Notes under the pieces: generated by a model
The model's database searches: none
Told to the model about the DNA's origin: nothing
The model's input: only the letters and a program-made list of their open reading frames with translations
Program-made: the position numbers and the translations under genes
In this document: piece by piece, positions 56,637-64,000 of the stretch
Layout of the letters: the number at the start of each line of letters is the position of its first letter
How positions within the stretch are numbered: position 1 is the stretch's first letter
NCBI GenBank assembly: GCA_039621445.1
Contig: CP154954.1
Location: forward strand, 26,052,954-26,116,953
Source of the DNA: Euglena gracilis
Taxonomy: Eukaryota
Reading direction: 5' to 3'
DNA: 64,000 nt

Positions 56637-57271
56637 AAACGTCATGGAGGGTTTGGGGGGAATATTTTTTGAAAGTTTTTTTAAAAAAGTTCATTTTTTT
56701 ATCTCTGCAGCTTCATTCATTTTTTGTTGTTGTTTTTTTGGATGTTGAAAGCATGATTTTTTGCACCAGAAAACACAGATTTGGAAATACTTTCACATGA
56801 CCAAAAAAAATGCCTTTAGAGGGGTGTTACCCGTGACCCCCCCCCCCCGTGACCGCCCCGTGACCCAACCTAAGACCCTTTTCGGCCAATTTTTTTCGGA
56901 AAAAATTCGGCCGATGATGCCTACTTTGACAAAATTTTCAGGTGGATTCCTAATTTTGAGGAATAAATTTTGCAAAATTTTGGGATGGTTATCCCTAATT
57001 TTTTCAAAATCCTAATTTTAGGTGTGGGGATTCCTAATTTATCGATTTTCCCCAAAAATTCATGTTCGGTGATTCCCAATTTAGCCACCAAGAATGTGGT
57101 GTTCCCCTGTGACCCCGTGACCCCCCCCCCCCCCGTGACCCCGGCTGGCCGACGGCGTGACGAAGCTGGGTCCTGTTGTTAAGCTTATTTCGGAAATGCC
57201 TAATTTGCTGTGCCAGTTCCGAATTTTCAGAAGCCAATTCCTAATTTAGTGTGCCAATGCCTAATTTTGAG

Positions 57272-58670
57272 TTAAAAACGTGTTCAGCCCGCCAAATGCC
57301 TGCCCTGAAATTCGTGGTCATGAACACGTTTTCAATGAGGGCATTTGTGGCAATGACACGTTTTCAGTGAAGGCATCCGGGTTCAGGCACGTTTTCAATG
57401 AGGGCATTTGTGTCAATGACACGTTTTCAGTGAAGGCATCCGGGTTCAGGCACGTTTTCAGTGAGGGCATCTGTGGCAACCCTGAGTAAAAAGCAAAAAA
57501 CACTATCATGAAAAATCGGCGTGTGGTTGCGAGGCCGGGTGGTCCTCAACGAGTGAGGCGGGTCGGGGGCACTCTACAACACAACAGAAGGCTAGGTTGC
57601 CTTGGAGCACAACGAAACAGAGTGGCGGACATCACGGCACACGACACGCTTTACACAAAGAAACCGTGTTTGGGCCGATTTCGAGACTTTAAAAGTCTTA
57701 AATCTTCGCCCAAAACACGGTTTCAAACAAGAACAGTGTTTTGGGCCAAGGTTTTAGGGGGGGCCAGGGGCGACCGCGGCGCCTTCGGCGTCGCGGTCCC
57801 CGCCCCTGGTCTCCCCCTAAGTCTTGGCCCGAACACAGTTTCTTGACAAAAAAGAGCCATACTTTGGCTCTTTTGCCAAATCTTGGCAATGAAAATGATA
57901 TGCCAATCGCAGACAACTTTGTTCACAGACAACTTTGTTTGTTTGGCGTCACAGACAACTTTGTTCAGCTCCACACAATTTGGATTTTTGGGAATGGCAA
58001 CACCACAAAAACCACATTTCTCGTGTTTTATTGGCAGTCGGGACACAGCACGAGGCACAGGGGGTTGGTCAGGGGACCACACACTGTTCGATGACGCTCG
58101 CCTCATCGAACAACAGGCTGGGTTCCAGCTCCCATCCCGTCCAGGCAACAAAGAAAGCATCCAGCTCAGGATAAGAGGCTTGCCGATGTTGACACAGTTT
58201 GGCGAACTCCAAACAGTTGGCAACAGCAGCAAGCTCTGCACCTACGGAGCCGGACTTTTTCTTTGTGTTGCCCTGTGCCAGCAAGGTGCCATGAAGGGGG
58301 TCCGTCCTAGGGGGAGGTGGCAAAAGACCATTCACAAAGTTTGCCGTGCGTTTGGCCATATTGGCAGGGCTGCGGGAAAAAGAAAAAAAGAAAAAAAAAG
58401 AAAAGGGGGGGGGGGTGACACGTTTTCAGTGAGGGCATTTGTGGCAATGACACGTTTTCAGTGAAGGCATCCGGGTTCAGGCACGTTTTCGGTGAGGGCA
58501 TTTGTGTCAATGACACGTTTTCAGTGAAGGCATCCGGGTTCAGGCACGTTTTCAGTGAGGGCGCCGTTTTTTGGGTCCGAATTTCACAAATTGGCGTTTT
58601 TGACCCCTTGCGTGAATCATGACCACGAATTTCAGGGCAGGCATTTGGCGGGCTCTGAAAACGTTTTTAA
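57272..58670. mobile_element. Non-autonomous TIR element bounded by TTAA, with internal ~63-bp tandem repeats
   Basis: ~50-bp inverted repeats (57272-57323 / 58617-58670); GTTTTCAGTGAAGGCATCCGGGTTCAGGCAC arrays near both ends; a diverged partial copy at ~53577-53665. Confidence 0.7.
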
Positions 58671-58783
58671 ACAAATTGTGGCTGAGCCCAGATTTCAGCC
58701 TGAAAACGTGTTCAGGGGCCCCCTTCGGGGGCCCCTGGCTGAACACGTTTTCAGGCTGAAATCTGGGCTCAGCCACAATTTGT
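58671..58783. repeat. 113-bp near-perfect hairpin with a C(TTCG)G loop
   Basis: ACAAATTGTGGCTGAGCCC...GGGCTCAGCCACAATTTGT. Confidence 0.9.
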
Positions 58784-59612
58784 GTATAGAAAAAAGCCTA
58801 AGTGCATGTGTCCATTCCTTGGCAGGGACCTTTTCATTAATTAGGAATTTGCCACTCAAAATTAGGCATTGGCACACCACACCATATAGGGATTATCGTT
58901 CAAATTTATTAAAGTATTTTGCACCCGAAACATTTTCCTTTGAGGGGCAAAGGGCTAATTTGGTGGGTCAAATTCTGACAAATGCTAAATTTGAGATGCA
59001 AATTCCCAATTTTGGAGGGAATGCCGATCTTCAAACGCAATGTGCAATTTTTGTTGGGAAGGGAAAAGCCTAATTTACAGCTAACACGTGAATAATACGG
59101 TCACATACTTCAAAATGATGGCCACCTGTAGCAAAAATGTTTGCCATCTCCCTTAAAATGATTGCCACTAAACCCAAAATTACGGCCACAAAACTACAAT
59201 TGATGGCCGCTGCACCTAAAAATATTAGCCACCTTTTCTGAACGTCATTTTTTTCAAAAAAAATGACGTTTCCTCTCCACCCCCCTTCATTTGATGAAAT
59301 TCCAAACATCACAATTGGCAATGTTACTGGTCACTGATGCCTCCCTTTTTCTCAGCATCTTGGGGGTGTTCCCCCCCCGTCCCACCCGCGTCCCCCCCCC
59401 CCGCGTCCCCCCCCCGTCCCCGATTTTGGCCGGGCACTTTTTTTGGTCGACCAAAGGAAAATTACATACAAATTTAGGTGATGCCAAAGAAAACGTGTTG
59501 GGGTGGTTGGACCACGGTTCCCCCCCGCGTCCTCCCCGCCCCCCCCCCCGCCCCCCCCCCCCCCGCGTCCCGAACCACCCCCCTTGAGAACAATACGAAA
59601 CGGCTCCCGGAC

Positions 59613-60900
59613 CTGGCCTGGGGGGGAGGGGGGGTAGTGGGCCGACCCAGGGTCGGCCCAATACGACGCTAAAGTCGTTAAGGTCGACCCCCCCCCCAGG
59701 ATGTGGAGTGGGCCGACCCTAGGGTCGCCCGTCCTAGGGTTGTGGGCCGACCCTAGGGTCGACCCTAGGGTCGGCCCACCCCACGACCTCGCCCCCCCCC
59801 CCAAAAAATTTGGAGAATTTTTTTTGCCCATTTGAACAGGAATTGAACTTGGACTTGAGGTTGGACTTGAGGTCGTTTTGGGGGGCAAGTCCCTTGTGTT
59901 TTCAAATTGTTTTGGGGGGCAAATCCCTTGTGTTGTTCAAACGATCGAGGGCCCCAAAATAATAAAATCCCTTGTCTCCAAGTCGTTTTGGGGGGCAAAT
60001 CCCTTGTGTTGCCAAGTCGTTTTTGGGGCAAATCCCATGTGTTGTTCAACCGATCGAGGGCCCCAAAATAATAAAATGCCTTGTGATTCCAAGTCGTTTT
60101 GGGGGGCAAGTTCTTTGTGTTGCCAAGTCGTTTTGGGGGGCAAATCCCTTGTGGTTCCAAATCGTTTTGGGGGGCAAATCCCTTGTGTTTCCAAGTCGTT
60201 TTGGGGGGCAAATCCCTTGTGTTGTTCAACCGATCGAGGGCCCCAAAATAATAAAATCCCTTGTGACTCCAAGCCGTTTTGGGGGGCAAATCCCTTGTGG
60301 TTCCAAATCGTTTTGGGGGGTAAATCCGTTGTGTTGTTCATTTGATCGAGGGCCCCAAAATAACAAAATCCCTTGTGTCTCCAAGTCGTTTTGGGGGGCA
60401 AGTCCGTTGTGGTTCCAAATCATTTTGGGGGGCAAATCCCTTGTGTTGTTCAACCGATCGAGGGCCCCAAAATAATAAAATCCCTTATGTCTCCAATTCT
60501 TTTGGGGGCAAATCCCTTGTGTTGCCAAATCGCTTTGGGGGGTAAATCCGATGTGTTGTTGAGAGGGCCCAAAAATAACAAAATCCCTTGTGTGTCCCCA
60601 AGGCGTTTTGGGGGGCAAATCCGTTGTGTTTTCAAATCATTTTGGGGGGCAAATCCCTTGTGTTGCTCAAATGTTCAAGTGCTCCTAAAACATCAAAAAA
60701 AAAATTTGTTTTTTTGATAGGGGGGGCGAGGTCGTGGGGTGGGCTGACCCTAGGGTCGACCCTAGGGTCGGCCCACGACCCTAGGATGGGCGACCCTAGG
60801 GTCGGCCCACTGTGACCCTAGTGACCTTAGCGACTTTAGCGACCCCAGGGTCGTATTGGGCCGACCCTAGGGTTGGCCCACTACCCCCCCCCCAGGCCAG
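59613..60900. mobile_element. Foldback/MITE-like element: ~185-bp inverted repeats built of GACCCTAGGGTC palindromes around a satellite
   Basis: 59613-59802 is the approximate reverse complement of 60720-60900; no TSD found. Confidence 0.7.
59875..60670. repeat. Tandem array of ~33-bp units with an interspersed ~40-bp unit
   Basis: CCAAGTCGTTTTGGGGGGCAAATCCCTTGTG units plus CGATCGAGGGCCCCAAAATAATAAAATCC units. Confidence 0.9.
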
Positions 60901-61450
60901 ATCTACCCCCCATACGAAACAATGTCATGTGCCACTACCCCGTGTTCTCTTCGTGCACAAGCACCAGTTGCACTTCGCATTGCGCAGACATGTGCTCATT
61001 TTTTTCTTTTAACTGGGCAAAATTGTAAAAAAGGACTTCATGTCAAAAAGCCAGCTTGCTGCCATTTTGGGACAAATCAGGTCCAACCTAATGGCCCTGC
61101 CCTTTCTCAGGGCTACGGATGCCCTGGCCAGTTACGGATGCCCTGGCCAGTTTTCTGGCAAAACACTCCACAGCCCCCTGGGACTCAAAACATCACATTT
61201 GACCAGAAACAAAAACCCAATTAAAGGAGATCAAAATTCTACTGGACACATGGGGAGGAAGACCCTCTTCCCCAAAATGCCACCAAAACAGCCATGTTTC
61301 ACGAGACTACATTTGGACAGGAAATCCCCCAATGCAAAAAGTTATGTCGTGCACTCAAAAAAAAAAGAAGAAAAGTTCAGTGATTAATCTCCCCTGTCCA
61401 TTTCCCATCTGCTTATGGGGTCGGCGCAAGGCGGTAGACTGGGGGGGGGT

Positions 61451-61655
61451 AGTGGGTAGTCGGCCGACTACCATGCCCCCCCCATATAAGACCCCCCCCA
61501 TATAAGACCCCCCCCTGGCCGGCCGAAGGCCGGCCCTTTGGCCGGGACCGACCCCCCCATATAAGACCCCCCCCCATATAAGACCCCCCCTGGGATTTTG
61601 GCTCCCGAGGGGGCGTCTTATATGGGGGGGCATGGTAGTCCGCCGACTACCCACT
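61451..61655. repeat. Small MITE-like inverted repeat
   Basis: AGTGGGTAGTCGG..CATGCCCCCCCATATAAGAC / GTCTTATATGGGGGGGCATG..CCGACTACCCACT. Confidence 0.7.
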
Positions 61656-62558
61656 CTAATGTACTAACGGGTCCAAACCGCCGACTTTTAAGCCCCCCCC
61701 CCCATGAAGAAAATCCAATGCAAACTAGTCGGTGGCTAGTCGGCGGTCATAAAAATGGTCCGTGGCGGGCCCAAATCATCTTACGCCTAAATAAACACCC
61801 CCAGATGGAAATCTTTGGTCGGTGGGGGGTCGATGGGCCCTTGATGGGGGTCCGGAGGGGTAAAAAACCAATGATGAAACAGGGATTACATGAAAATCCT
61901 TTAGAAATGCAAGCATTCTGCATCACGAGAGGCAGAAAACTCCCCCCTCCACCCCAATCCGAGCCTCAAATAACAAAATCCCTTCTGTGTTGGCAACATA
62001 AGTCGTTTTTGTGGCTCACTTTGGCATAGGCGGGGGGGGGGGGGGCTCCGCCCCCCCCCCCCGCACCCCCCCCTCAAATAACAAAATCCCTTCTATGTTG
62101 GCAAGACTTGGAGGGATAAGACCTTTTTTTGTGCAACTTTTGACTTATATTGAAAATCCAATGGGGAGAGGTGTTCTTTTGTCAAAAGTGGCCCAAAATG
62201 GACATTTCCCCCCAATTTTTTTTTGCATATTCACCCCCGATTGGAGGGTTCTGGAGCCATTTGGGTGGGTTTTGACTGGTGTTGAGGTGATTTAGACGAA
62301 ATTTTTTCCCAGGGGGGGGCTTAGGCCCCGGGCGGATGATTGGCTATGACGATCCCGGAGGTCGTACCGACCATGGTCGGCCCGACCTATGGTCGGCCCG
62401 ACCTGGCCGTTATCGACCACTGGAGGTCGGGCCAGGTCGGCCCGACCTCCAATCAACCGCATTACCCCCCATTCTCTTAATTTGGCTGAAAATGCATAAA
62501 AACACATTGGAATGACCTCCAAACTGGCAAAAAACGTCCCATTTTTGAAAAAATTCAA

Positions 62559-64000
62559 TTAGAGTTAGGGTTAGGGATACAGTTATGGTTAGGGTTAGGG
62601 ATACAGTTAGGGTTAGGGTTAGGGAAACGGATAGGGTTAGGGCTGGGGATTAGGGTTAGGGTTAGGGATACGGTTAGAGTTAGGGTTAGGGTTAGAGTTA
62701 GGGTTAGGGTTTCGGTTAGGGTTAGAGTTAGGGTTAGGGATACGGTTAGGGTTAGGGATAGGGTTAGAGTTAGGGTTAGGGATACGGTTAGGGCTGGGGA
62801 TTAGGGTTAGGGTTAGGGATACGGTTAGGGTTAGGGCTAGGGTTAGAGTTAGGGTTATGGATACGGTTAGAGTTAGGGTTAGGGTTAGAGTTAGGGTTAG
62901 GGTTTCGGTTAGGGGTTAGAGTTCGGGTTAGGGTTAGGGGTTAGGGATACGGATATGGTTCGGGTTAGGGTTAGGGTTAGGGTTAGGGATACGGTTAGGG
63001 TTAGGGCTAGGGTTAGAGTTAGGGTTAGGGCTACGATTAGGGTTTCGGTTAGGGTTAGAGTTAGGGTTAGGGATACGGTTAGGGCTGGGGATTAGGGTTA
63101 GGGTTAGGGATACGGTCAGTGTTACGGTTATTGTTAGGGTTAGGGATACGGTTAGGGTTAGGGTTCGGGCCAGGGATACGGTTTGAGTTTGGGTTGGGGA
63201 TACGGTTAGGGTTAGGGATGCAGTTAGGATTAGGGTTAGGGATACGGATAGGGTGCGGGTTAGGGTTAGGGTTAGGGTTAGGGATACGGTTAGGGTTAGG
63301 GCTAGGGTTAGAGTTAGGGTTAGGGATACGGTTAGGGTTTCGGTTAGGGTTAGAGTTAGGGTTAGGGATACGGTTAGGGTTAGGGTAAGGGTTAGGGTTA
63401 GGGTTAGGGATACGGTCAGGGCTGGGGATTAGGGTTAGGGATACGGTTAGTGTTATGGTTATTGTTAGGGTTAGGGATACGGTTAGGGTTAGAGTTCGGG
63501 CCAGGGATACGGTTTGAGTTTGGGTTGGGGATACGGTTAGGGTTAGGGATGCAGTTAGGGTTAGGGTTAGGGACACGGATAGGGTTCGGGTTAGGGTTAG
63601 AGTTAGGGTTAGGGCTAGGGTTAGAGTTAGGGTTAGGGATACGGTTAGGGCTGGGGATTAGGGTTAGGGTCAGGGTCAGGGTTAGGGTTAGGATTAGGGC
63701 TAGGGTTAGAGTTAGGGTTAGGGATACGGTTAGGGTTAGGGTAAGGGTTAGGGTTAGGGTTAGGGATACGGTCAGGGCTGGGGATTAGGGTTAGGGATAC
63801 GGTTAGTGTTATGGTTATTGTTAGGGTTAGGGATACGGTTAGGGTTAGAGTTCGGGCCAGGGATACGGTTTGAGTTTGGGTTGGGGATACGGTTAGGGTT
63901 AGGGATGCAGTTAGGGTTAGGGTTAGGGACACGGATAGGGTTCGGGTTAGGGTTAGAGTTAGGGTTAGGGCTAGGGTTAGAGTTAGGGTTAGGGATACGG
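62559..64000 (+). repeat. Degenerate telomeric (TTAGGG)n array with variant units
   Basis: TTAGGG mixed with TTAGAG, ATACGG, CTAGGG and TTCGGG; the G-rich strand points to the window end. Confidence 0.95.

Noticed and set aside
59875-60670. CRISPR array or repeat-protein ORFs
   Set aside because: Tandem satellite without unique spacers; ORFs in several frames are a by-product of the repeat.
63079-63932. PNPN/LTLT/LGLG repeat proteins
   Set aside because: Translations of telomeric repeats.

Overview
Eukaryotic, chromosome-end-like window dominated by transposable elements. From left to right: (i) decayed DIRS-type tyrosine-recombinase retroelements (~0.4-7.4 kb); (ii) a 42-kb nest of three chromodomain-bearing Ty3/gypsy LTR retrotransposons, in which outer element B (7383-49481, TSD CTGG) contains element A (8030-20985, TSD GTGC) and minus-strand element C (29889-47598, TSD AGAAC), and B itself splits the NPPW motif of a second DIRS methyltransferase; (iii) one host gene, a 5-exon Stm1/SERBP1/HABP4-family gene with 46-49 nt GT-AG introns (51153-52271, minus); (iv) a deleted hAT element, MITE/foldback-like elements and satellites; (v) degenerate TTAGGG repeats from ~62560 to the window end. 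The most notable feature is that all three gypsy elements carry DNA methyltransferase domains. A has a Dam-like amino-MTase (NPPF) and a C5-cytosine MTase in tandem at the start of pol. B has a related C5-MTase on an inverted segment. C has a Dam-like domain with an altered catalytic motif (HPPL) between protease and RT, plus an intact ~1970-aa third ORF with a RING-like Cys/His domain. In A and C, gag and pol are in frame across a single stop codon, suggesting readthrough. All protein calls come from motif recognition by eye, and some frameshifts and low-complexity stretches may be sequencing or assembly errors.
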